A DNA stretch of 64,000 nucleotides from an uncultured cyanobacterium. Its GTDB lineage: Bacteria > Cyanobacteriota > Cyanobacteriia > PCC-9006 > JAAUQQ01. The position numbers and the translations under genes are program-made. Positions 52,018 to 61,050 of this stretch are shown one piece after another (the first letter of the stretch is position 1; each line of letters opens with the position of its first letter). Under the pieces are notes generated by a model. The model was not told the DNA's origin. It saw only the letters and a program-made list of their open reading frames with translations, and ran no database searches. The DNA lies in the NCBI GenBank assembly GCA_963718615.1, contig OY970368.1:4608001-4672000 (forward strand), read 5' to 3'.

Positions 52018-54096
52018 TCACTCGCCTGATGGGCAAACGCAACCCAACGCAGCCCGAACAAAGGCCCATTTATCCGCAGCTTCCTCAATCACCTTCGCGG
52101 TCGGCTTACCCGCACCATGACCCGCCTTCGTTTCAATCCGAATCAGCACCGGATTATCACCCCCATGGGCTGCCTGGAGTGCAGCGGCGAATTTAAAGCT
52201 GTGGGCAGGAACCACGCGATCGTCATGGTCTGCGGTGGTAACCAACGTTGCAGGGTAAACCGTTCCTGGTTTAAGGTTATGCAGCGGCGAATAGGCATAG
52301 AGCGCCTCAAACTCCTCGGGATTGTCCGCCGAGCCATAGTCCGAGCACCAAGCCCAGCCAATGGTGAATTTGTGGAACCGCAGCATATCCATTACTCCCA
52401 CCGCAGGCAGCGCCGCTGCGAACAGCTCTGGTCGTTGGGTTATACAAGCTCCGACCAAAAGGCCCCCATTGCTGCCACCGGAAATGGCGAGTTTGCTGGG
52501 GCTGGTGTATTGATGCTCAACCAACCATTCCGCCGCACTGATGAAATCGTCAAAGACATTTTGCTTATGCAGTTTGGTTCCCGCCTGGTGCCAGACTTCG
52601 CCGTACTCACCGCCCCCCCGCAAATTGGGTATGGCGTAGACACCGCCCATTTCCATCCAAACCAAATTGGCAGGAGAAAAGGAAGGGGTTAACGACACAT
52701 TAAATCCCCCATAGCCATAGAGAATCGTTGGGTTTTGGCCCTTGCGCTCTAGCCCCTGCCGATAGGAGATAAACATCGGCACCTGGGTTCCATCCGAACT
52801 GGCATAGAAAACCTGCTCCGTGACGTAATGGGCTGGGTCAAAATCCACTTGGGGTTGACGAAATAATGAACTTTCACCCGTTACTAAGTTGTAGCGATAG
52901 ATCGTTGTCGGCGTGGTAAAGCTAGTGAAACTATAGAAGGTTTCCGTATCTTCTCGCTTCCCACCGAAACCGCCCACCGAGCCAATTCCCGGCAGCTCCA
53001 CCTCTCGCACAACGTCACCCGCGAGGGAAAACAGCTTGACTTGGCTGCGGGCATCCTTGAGGTAAGAGGTTACAAATTGATGATTGAGTAAGCTGACCCC
53101 CCGGAGGGTTTCTTCGGCTTCGGGGATAATTTCCTGCCATTGGGCGCGATCGCTCTCCTCCAAGTCGATCCCAATCACCCGACCCCGAGGCGCATGCAAA
53201 TCGGTCTTAAACCAAAATAAACTACCCTCGTTATCAATAAAATTAAACTGGGCCTCAAATTCAGAGATCAACTCGACAACGGTGCTCTCTGGCTGGGATA
53301 AATCCTTGTAAAACACTAAATTCTTACGCTCGGTCCCCTGCCAAACGGAGATGATTAAATAGCGTCCATCTTCCGTTACTTCACCGCTAAAGCCCCATTC
53401 TTTTTGGTCGGGGCGATCGTAAATCAGAATATCCTCTGCCTGATCGGTCCCCAGCTTATGATAATACAACTTCTGAAAATAATTAACATCCTCAAACTGC
53501 TTCTCCACTTGGGGCTCATCGTAGCGGGAGTAGAAAAACCCTTGACTATCCTTCGTCCAAGTGGCCCCGGAAAATTTGACCCAACGCACTTGGTCGGCGC
53601 GATCGGTTCCCGTATCGACCTCGCGAACTTTCCACTCCTGCCAATCCGAGCCCGAGTGCGACAGACCATAGGCCAGCAACCGGCCATCCTCACTCAGGGC
53701 TAGACCCGAGAGCGCCACGGTCCCGTCTTCGCTGAGGGTATTGGGGTCGAGCAGGACGCGGGCTTCTGCCTCTAGGCTGGGTTGGGTGTAGAGGACGCTT
53801 TGATTTTGCAGTCCATCGTTTTTGAAATAAAAATAGCGGGTGCCCTGGTCCGAGGTGCGCTTAAACGGAATGCCGTAGCGCTCGTAGTTCCAAACCTCCG
53901 TCAGCCGCTGCTGAATCCCAGGCCGCTCCGTTAAACCCTGCAAATAGCCAAACGTTACTTCGTTTTGAGCCGATACCCAGGCTTGGGTTTCATCACTGTT
54001 GGGATCTTCGAGCCAGCGGTAGGGATCGGCCACGGGCGTGCCGTGGTAGTCATCAACTTGGTCAACCGTACGAGTTTGGGGATATTGCAAAGCCAT
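52018..54096 (-). CDS. Prolyl oligopeptidase (S9A)
   Basis: DPYRWLED, GGSNGGLL, DHDDRV, AGHGAG. Confidence 0.95.
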   Translation of the reverse strand: MALQYPQTRTVDQVDDYHGTPVADPYRWLEDPNSDETQAWVSAQNEVTFGYLQGLTERPGIQQRLTEVWNYERYGIPFKRTSDQGTRYFYFKNDGLQNQSVLYTQPSLEAEARVLLDPNTLSEDGTVALSGLALSEDGRLLAYGLSHSGSDWQEWKVREVDTGTDRADQVRWVKFSGATWTKDSQGFFYSRYDEPQVEKQFEDVNYFQKLYYHKLGTDQAEDILIYDRPDQKEWGFSGEVTEDGRYLIISVWQGTERKNLVFYKDLSQPESTVVELISEFEAQFNFIDNEGSLFWFKTDLHAPRGRVIGIDLEESDRAQWQEIIPEAEETLRGVSLLNHQFVTSYLKDARSQVKLFSLAGDVVREVELPGIGSVGGFGGKREDTETFYSFTSFTTPTTIYRYNLVTGESSLFRQPQVDFDPAHYVTEQVFYASSDGTQVPMFISYRQGLERKGQNPTILYGYGGFNVSLTPSFSPANLVWMEMGGVYAIPNLRGGGEYGEVWHQAGTKLHKQNVFDDFISAAEWLVEHQYTSPSKLAISGGSNGGLLVGACITQRPELFAAALPAVGVMDMLRFHKFTIGWAWCSDYGSADNPEEFEALYAYSPLHNLKPGTVYPATLVTTADHDDRVVPAHSFKFAAALQAAHGGDNPVLIRIETKAGHGAGKPTAKVIEEAADKWAFVRAALGCVCPSGE

Positions 54097-54402
54097 GGCG
54101 ATCGCAGCAAAGACAACGCAGTTTCTAGCCTAGCAGCCTCGCTGTCCGTAAACCGTTTTGCCCAACAATTAGGTCTTTTCTGTCTTCGCTTAAGTAATAC
54201 TCACTAGATCTTCAAGCAGAAAACAAGTCTTTTATACACAAATGGCGGATGGCGTCTTTAAGATTAAGGGTATTACTGGGTCACTTCGTTGGTTTGATTT
54301 TTTGTGATGACCAACGAAGAAAGTGGGGGCGTTACGGCATTTTGCTGAGTCGTTTTGAAAACGCAAGCAACTATCTCAGTCCTTGACAGCAGAGTTTTAT
54401 CT

Positions 54403-57390
54403 ATGAGCAGTTCTCGTCAAACGTGGGGGCGTTCTTCTGGGGGAAGGCGACGCCCTGAAGCCGTTTTCACCCGCTCATTGGCTCCGGAGCTCGGCACCCA
54501 AGCGCCAATTCCCCGGATGATCTCCGACCAGCCTGTGGAGTCTCCGAAGCTTCAGCAACGGCGGTCGGTCCAGCGTAGCCAATCCTTATCCAAGACCCAG
54601 TCCGCTGATCTGGATAGTCTGAGTGCCGCGCTGGAGGCCTTGGAAAAAACGGAGTATCTAGAAGCCTTGCAGGTGTTTGATGCCCTGGATGCGATCGCCC
54701 AGCAGTGGGTAACGCCGCCTGCGGCGCAGGGGATTGCGGGGAATTCCCAGCCTGGATCCCCAAGCCCTTCTCCGACAGGGACAGCTTCTGCACCCAAGTT
54801 GGAGGATGTTTTCCAGGGGACGGAGTGGAAATCCCTGACGCTGATCGAGATTGCCGAAGAAATAGAAGCGGCTGCGGCGTTTGATGCCCTGGCGGTCTTA
54901 GCCAATGAGCCGGGGCCTCAGCCTAGGGTTCGGCCACCTGAAGTTCTGCCGACCGTTCAGCTTCAGACAGCGGAGGTGCCTGTGCCGGGGGGACGGGTGA
55001 TCGCCCAGCCGATTCCGACAAACGCTGCGATCGCCGCACCGCAACCCAGCCTCTCTGCACCGGTACCGCCCGTCGTGGACCCAGAGCCCAGCCTCTCTGC
55101 ACCGGCCCCGCCCGTCGTCGAGCCGGAGCCCGTCGTTTTCGCATCAGCACCGCCCGTCGCGGACCCAGAACCCAGCGTCTCTGCACCGGCACCCGTTCCA
55201 CCACCGCCAATGCCCTTGGCCCAGCCGGTGCAACCGCCCCATCCCGCAGCACTGTCTGAGCCCCCAACACAGATGCCGACGCTGATACCGGTCAGCCTCA
55301 ACGGCCTTCAGGGCACGGCAACGCTAACAGGCCGGGTAGACACCCACGCGGACATCCACAGCTATTCCTTCTCATTGGAGCAAACCAGCGATTTCAACCT
55401 CATTCTGGAGGGGCTTTCTGCCCATGCTGATGTGCAGCTTTTGGATGCGGATGGCAAGTTGCTGTACCAATCGAATGCAGGCAATCTGTCGGCAGAATTG
55501 ATCAATGCCACGCTACCAGCGGGGGATTATCAAGTCAACATTCAGGTGCCGTTGGACGGGAATGGTTCGGGCCCAACTGCCCGTACAACTGAGGGTGCGA
55601 CGGATTATAAACTGGTGCTTTCCGCCGTGCCGGATGGGTCGGGAACATCCAATAATCTGGAGGTCACAAGCGCAACTTACCTAGGCGGTCTCGGCAATGA
55701 CACCGCCAGTGCCATCGAGCTTTCGCCCCAGCGGGAATTGGTTGTCGCCGGTAACTTTAGCGCTGCGCCCAATACCGTTTCCCAGCGATTTTTGCTGGGG
55801 GCAGCGACGGAGAGCGCAGGCCAAATTGTACGCATGTCCCTCAGTGGTCAGGAGATCCTGTCGATTACCCATTTGGGCAACGAGATCAATGACATGGATG
55901 TTAATCGGGAAAATGGCACGATCGCGGCGGGCGGCGATTTTGGCATTACGCTGCTGAATGCGGCGGCGGATCAGGTGTTGTGGTCCCAGAAATTGGATGG
56001 GGAAGTGCGGCGGGTGGCGATCGCCAACGATGGCAAGGTCGTCACGCTCCACGACAAAACCGTCACGGTCTGGAGCGCCACAGGCACCCAGTTGGCCCAA
56101 ACGACCTTAAGCCGCAGCTTTGTGGAGGATATTGCAATTCATCCCACCACCGGAGCGATCTACGCCGTTGGGTTTGATAACAAATACAATAGCCTCGACC
56201 AAAACCCGGTTCAGGTGGCCTATATGACGGCCTTTGATAGTCAGTTGAACGTCAACTGGCAAACCTGGGGCTACGATGCCGACACCCTCACCCATGGCCA
56301 AAACGACATGGCCGATACACGGGGCTATCGGGTGACCATCGGTCGGGATGGTGAGTTGTATTTCCTGGGTGAAGTGGCTGGAGGCAACTCGGTGTTCCGC
56401 TGGAACGGCAAGGACCGCTCCACCAATACGCTGGTCAAATACGATGCCTACAATGACCCCTACAACTCCGCAAGCCCTCACCAGACCTACTATGCCCGAA
56501 TTGATCCCGCAACTGGAGAAGTGGTGCAGGGACAGTTGGCCATCGCTCGGCTCGCCAATGGTGCTGCCAATGCGGTGCGGGTGATTGATGGGTCGATCGC
56601 GGCGGATGAACAGGGCAATGTCTATATTGGGGGACGGTCTTTTGCTGGCATTGACGATCGCAATCTCCAGCAAGTGGGTGGGCAAACCGTTGGCGACTAT
56701 GCCAAGGGCGATCCCTTTGCTTTGGTGATTTCCAGCGACTTTAGGACTCGTCGCTCCTGGACACCCTTTACGGAAAACGGCGGCCAAGGGACGATTAGCG
56801 GGTTTGCCGTGGGTGAGGGTCGGGCGGCGGTGCTGGGTACGGTGGATCAGGGGTCGCTGATTACGAAGGCGGCGCTGAATGATCGGCCTTTTAATCCCGA
56901 TGATCCGAATACGAAGGATGTCTATCTGGCAACCTGGGGAACGGATACGGAAAGTGAGTTTGCGTCCTATCAGTATGGGACTACAGGCAATGATGTGCTG
57001 TCCGGGGGCAAAACTGAGGATGTGTTCTGGGGTGAGATGGGTCAGGATGTGATGAAGGGTGGCGGCGGTGCGGATGTCTTTGCCTATTTTAAGGGGGGAG
57101 ATGGGGGCGATCGCATCACCGATTTCAGTGCCGATGACCAGCTCAGTTTCTCGGCCCTTGGCTTTGGTGGGGGGTTGCAGGCGGGAGTGGAGTTGGTGAT
57201 AGGGCAGGCGGCTTCGACGGGGACGTTTGTCTTGGGCAGTCAACCGCTGGGCAGCAGCGCCAATTTTCTCTATTCCCAGGGCAAGCTCTGGTTTGATGGG
57301 GATGGAACGGGGCCTCAGGAGGCGATCGAGATTGCCTCGTTTGATGGGGCTCCAAGCTTAGAGGTGTCGCAGATTAAGATTGCGGCGTAG
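54403..57390 (+). CDS. Large surface/secreted protein: Pro-rich stalk, PPC-like domain, beta-propeller-like region, RTX-type Ca-binding C-terminus
   Basis: PEPSLSAP repeats; GTTGNDVLSGG, GQDVMKGGGGADVF, DRITDF; start uncertain (54355 or 54403). Confidence 0.7.
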   Translation: MSSSRQTWGRSSGGRRRPEAVFTRSLAPELGTQAPIPRMISDQPVESPKLQQRRSVQRSQSLSKTQSADLDSLSAALEALEKTEYLEALQVFDALDAIAQQWVTPPAAQGIAGNSQPGSPSPSPTGTASAPKLEDVFQGTEWKSLTLIEIAEEIEAAAAFDALAVLANEPGPQPRVRPPEVLPTVQLQTAEVPVPGGRVIAQPIPTNAAIAAPQPSLSAPVPPVVDPEPSLSAPAPPVVEPEPVVFASAPPVADPEPSVSAPAPVPPPPMPLAQPVQPPHPAALSEPPTQMPTLIPVSLNGLQGTATLTGRVDTHADIHSYSFSLEQTSDFNLILEGLSAHADVQLLDADGKLLYQSNAGNLSAELINATLPAGDYQVNIQVPLDGNGSGPTARTTEGATDYKLVLSAVPDGSGTSNNLEVTSATYLGGLGNDTASAIELSPQRELVVAGNFSAAPNTVSQRFLLGAATESAGQIVRMSLSGQEILSITHLGNEINDMDVNRENGTIAAGGDFGITLLNAAADQVLWSQKLDGEVRRVAIANDGKVVTLHDKTVTVWSATGTQLAQTTLSRSFVEDIAIHPTTGAIYAVGFDNKYNSLDQNPVQVAYMTAFDSQLNVNWQTWGYDADTLTHGQNDMADTRGYRVTIGRDGELYFLGEVAGGNSVFRWNGKDRSTNTLVKYDAYNDPYNSASPHQTYYARIDPATGEVVQGQLAIARLANGAANAVRVIDGSIAADEQGNVYIGGRSFAGIDDRNLQQVGGQTVGDYAKGDPFALVISSDFRTRRSWTPFTENGGQGTISGFAVGEGRAAVLGTVDQGSLITKAALNDRPFNPDDPNTKDVYLATWGTDTESEFASYQYGTTGNDVLSGGKTEDVFWGEMGQDVMKGGGGADVFAYFKGGDGGDRITDFSADDQLSFSALGFGGGLQAGVELVIGQAASTGTFVLGSQPLGSSANFLYSQGKLWFDGDGTGPQEAIEIASFDGAPSLEVSQIKIAA

Positions 57391-57507
57391 GGCTGGGTGA
57401 GTTGGGGGATGTGAGGCTGCTCAAGGATGGTCTAGGGATCGAGGGGGCTGCGCACGGCTCGGCCCTCTTGAATGAAGCGTTTGTATGATTCCGTCTAATT
57501 CTGGATT

Positions 57508-57793
57508 CAAGGGATTAGACGGAAATTCGTGCAAAGATTTTTGAAGGAAAACCCTTCTGGGTCGTCTTATTCAGAGAATTTACGGATATTATGTGGAAGA
57601 TGGTTCCGCCTAATCCCGAATGAAAGAGATTAGGCGGAACTGGGTTCGGCCTAATCTTCTGTTTTGGGGTGTTATGCAGAATTCGATTCTGTCTAATATC
57701 CGTTTTGGGGTGGATAGGCTGAACGGGTTCTGTATAACACCCCCTTTTTAGGGAATTAGGCAGAATTGATTCAGTCTAATTAGATTGTTAAAT
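57508..57793 (+). repeat. ~285-bp non-coding palindrome-rich repeat, copy 1 (attI-like)
   Basis: Highly similar to 59059..59343; multiple TTAGGCGGAA/TTCCGCCTAA variants; ends GTTAAAT. Confidence 0.75.
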
Positions 57794-57877
57794 CGCAGCG
57801 GAAATATAAATTAGCGAGGAGGCTTGCCTGTAGATTTAATGTTAGCGCTTGGGAACACTACAAACAACTCCGCTACG

Positions 57878-57993
57878 AATTAACAAATCGCTGCAACCGA
57901 CGCAGTAGAGAAAGGATTGATGAGCCAGCCGCGCTATCAACATGCGTTGATAATAGCTAGATTTCTTGGCGCGGCTGAGCTAAATTGATAGCC
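57878..57993 (+). other. Degenerate attC-like site
   Basis: AATTAAC AAATCGCTGCAACCGAC...GCGGCTGAGC...GATAGCC. Confidence 0.45.
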
Positions 57994-58036
57994 TGCTTGA
58001 TTTTTTGGAAAAGTAAACTAGCCAGCCTTTGTATTT

Positions 58037-58258
58037 GTGAGTGAGCATATGACTTGGGAATATTTAACCGTCCGAGCCACAGTAATTAGCAATGCTCAAA
58101 TCTCTGGAGTCTTTATAAATAATGAGCAAGTTAAAGCTTGGGATAAGAGGCAGTTACACGAACTTCTGAATGATTTGGGCAGTCAAGGTTGGGAATTTGT
58201 GTTTGTACAGAAGGTACCGAGTGAAGTTTATATTTTTAAGAGATCGATTGCTTCGTAA
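58037..58258 (+). CDS. DUF4177-like small protein
   Basis: WEYL...LNDLGSQGWEFV...YIFKR. Confidence 0.75.
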   Translation: MSEHMTWEYLTVRATVISNAQISGVFINNEQVKAWDKRQLHELLNDLGSQGWEFVFVQKVPSEVYIFKRSIAS

Positions 58259-58553
58259 CTCTATCGCTAGCAGTCTGTGCTGTTAGTCCTTACGGACTTC
58301 ACTTGAGTTTTAGTTTCGTTCTAAGCCCTCAATTTTTCTGTTATGAATTAGTTTCTTGGGGTTATCGACTAGGGTACAAAAGTGTCTACATTCAGTGCTG
58401 GTGTAGTTTAACGATCTGCTGCCCTGGACAGTGCGATCGCCAATCTTGTATGGTGCGTTCCCAAGACAACTCCTACCTGCTCCACTATTAATTTCTGGGA
58501 ACGTACCAGGATTAGTCCTTGAGCAAGCGATCGCAGTCTAATCGGGATAGAAA

Positions 58554-58905
58554 GTGCGATTCGTTGCAGAAGAATAACGGTGCAAGCCCGTCAATAACTC
58601 TGCCAGCTTGTCTTCCAAACATGAAGCACTCTCAAAAGCTGAACTTTCCTCTTGATGAGGGTGACAGTCCCTTCCATCAAACTCGGATGTGACTCCTGAT
58701 CTGCCCACGATGACCCGACTCGGGATTTGGGAGATCGAAGCTGGGAGCAGGGCGCAATCAAACACTCATTGCAAGTGAACTGGCGCGAATAGGGAGTTTC
58801 CACGGTAAAACAGAGCCTAGAACAGCAACCTACCCAAAAGCAGCCGCAATCCAAAAACCTGGCTTCCGACCGATTCCTTCTCGCGTAGGGTGCTGGCACG
58901 GTCCT
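58554..58905 (+). ncRNA. Group II intron 5' fragment, copy B
   Basis: Starts GTGCGATTCGTT; homologous to 48235..48456; 3' end approximate. Confidence 0.55.
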
Positions 58906-59058
58906 CTAAAAGAGTGATCAACGAAATCTCGTAGCTAAAATCCACGCATTCGCTGGATTTCAGAGAGCATCACTCCCAAGCAGGACAGTGCCCTATTTTA
59001 CTGCACTGCTGGTTTATCTTCAGATTTCAGCACTAGATCGTTCACACTATTCCAGATA

Positions 59059-59343
59059 CAAGGGATTAGACGAAAATCCGTGCAAAGATTCTTGAAGGAA
59101 AAACCTTCTGGGTCGTCTTATCCAGGGAATTATGGATATTATACGGAAGATGGTTCCGCCTAATCCCCTCCATTCGGGATTAGGCGGAATTGGGTTCAGC
59201 CTAATCTTCTGTTTTGGGGTGTTATGCAGAATTCAATTCCATCTAATATCCGTTGTGGGGTGAATAGGCCGAACAGGTTCTGTATAACGCCCTCTTTTTA
59301 AGGGATTAGGCTGAATTGATTCAGTCTAGTCAGATTGTTAGAC
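59059..59343 (+). repeat. ~285-bp attI-like repeat, copy 2
   Basis: Ends in core site GTTAGAC (59337-59343). Confidence 0.75.
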
Positions 59344-59430
59344 TGCTCTAGATCTCGGTAGGGACGTTCACTGACGCTATCTGTTGAAGCATTATTCTAA
59401 GGTTCAGAAAATATAGGGGTTTTCAGCTTT

Positions 59431-60852
59431 ATGAGACTGAAGTATTGTTTAATTGCATCTATAGTTATCATTTCTACACTGATTTTCTCCGGACTTACTC
59501 AAATACCTCTTAGTGCCTCTGTAACATTCCTTCAAACGCACGACCAACTAATTGCTCAGTCAGAGAATCTCCAAGCTAACCCTGGAGATAAAATAATATT
59601 TGGATATATTGAAGATGCTCCTCCTGTAAGTATCAAAAGTGGAGCCATTGTAAGTGGATATTGTAATCAGTTGGCGACGTATCTTGGACAACAAGGACTG
59701 CAATTAGAATTGGTTCCAATGCAATTCTCGCAGCGATTCCGAGCCTTTGAAACAATTAGGGATTCAGTCATACAAGAAAAGCAACCAGCAATTGAATGTG
59801 GCCCTAGTACAAAGACTATACAGAGAGAGAAAGACCTTGAGAAGCTCAATGAAGAGAAAGATGTTACCAGCAGATTTTCAAATATCTTTTTCACAACAAG
59901 TGCTAAGCTTCTTATTCAAAAATCAAAGCTTCGTGACCTAAATGAACATCCAGAGAATCTGAAGATAGGAGTACTTGGCAGTACTACTACTCAAGTTATT
60001 GGACAAATTTATCCAACCTCTAACATTAGAAGTGTTGAAGATAGAACGGATGCCATTGGTCAATTAGTACAAGGGGGACAAAATGGTGGAATTGACGCTT
60101 ATGCAAGTGATGAAATTCTTTTAATGGGAATTAGAAATGATAATGAATTCACAAAAAGGAAAGAATTTGTTATAGAGCCTAAGCTCTATGGGTTCACTCG
60201 TGAAGAGTATGGAGTTGTAATTTATAACGATGATAGTTTACGAGATAAGATAAACGATTGGATTAATGGGGATGGACAAAACGCAAAGCGTGATCTAGAG
60301 AGGCAGGTATTTATATCTTCTATGTTGAGAGGATTTGTCTCAAGTGATTATTTTTACCTGGTATTACTTGGCATCCTAGCTGCTTTCGCACTTTTGCTCA
60401 TCAGCCATCCCTGGTTTACTTTTCTGATTCTTAAATTGATACCTGTAAAATTAGCTAACAGATTTTTAGATTGGCTTAAAGCTAGAAGAAGGCAAAAGGG
60501 CAAGAATGATCTAATAGTAGTTTTCACAAATAAGCTCCTCAATAATGAGGTGTTTACTGTAGTTGCTCACAACGCAAACGATAAGTTTAATATTGGATTT
60601 ATTGATAGTGATGCTGCAATTAAATTGGTTGAAGAGGTAGGTATTCAGCCGCTTCTTCGGAGGTATCGAGAAGATGGATTGCCACAGGAAAAGGCTGAAG
60701 AGAAGGTTGTTGAGGTGATAAAAGTAAGCGCAGAAAATAACCATCAAATCTATAAGATGCTGCAAACTTGGGTAGATGCGGCTGGCACAACTGCTGCTAA
60801 TGAAATAGCTACTAAGATCATTGAGCGTGTTCTTGGTCAAGCCGGTAATTGA
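59431..60852 (+). CDS. Amino-acid ABC-type substrate-binding domain fused to TM and cytoplasmic tail (gene cassette)
   Basis: Signal-like N-terminus, DAPPVS, GVLGSTTT, DAYASDEILL, EEYG. Confidence 0.7.
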   Translation: MRLKYCLIASIVIISTLIFSGLTQIPLSASVTFLQTHDQLIAQSENLQANPGDKIIFGYIEDAPPVSIKSGAIVSGYCNQLATYLGQQGLQLELVPMQFSQRFRAFETIRDSVIQEKQPAIECGPSTKTIQREKDLEKLNEEKDVTSRFSNIFFTTSAKLLIQKSKLRDLNEHPENLKIGVLGSTTTQVIGQIYPTSNIRSVEDRTDAIGQLVQGGQNGGIDAYASDEILLMGIRNDNEFTKRKEFVIEPKLYGFTREEYGVVIYNDDSLRDKINDWINGDGQNAKRDLERQVFISSMLRGFVSSDYFYLVLLGILAAFALLLISHPWFTFLILKLIPVKLANRFLDWLKARRRQKGKNDLIVVFTNKLLNNEVFTVVAHNANDKFNIGFIDSDAAIKLVEEVGIQPLLRRYREDGLPQEKAEEKVVEVIKVSAENNHQIYKMLQTWVDAAGTTAANEIATKIIERVLGQAGN

Positions 60853-60885
60853 CCGCAAAGTTTGTGCATTAACTAGTGCCGAACA

Positions 60886-60971
60886 GTCTAACAACCCGGT
60901 TGGAGCGGACTGAACAGAGATCTTGGCGGGGAAGCAAAGGTTCTGGCAGCCGCTCAACCGGAACGTTGGAC
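60886..60971 (+). other. attC site (86 bp)
   Basis: R'' GTCTAAC, CCGGTTGGAGCGG / CCGCTCAACCGG stem with one extrahelical base, R' GTTGGAC. Confidence 0.8.
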
Positions 60972-61050
60972 TGCAACGCACGAAGCGAAAACACCAAAAG
61001 CTAACTAGCGATTGTAGACTTAGACATACAAAACAGTTTTTGATGATTGC

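Noticed and set aside
56107-57243. 378-aa antisense ORF and similar shadow ORFs over suf, rpl, clpB and POP genes
   Set aside because: They overlap well-supported genes on the opposite strand and show no motifs
57480-59345. CRISPR array
   Set aside because: Repeats are short, degenerate, inverted and irregularly spaced; no constant direct repeats with unique spacers and no cas genes
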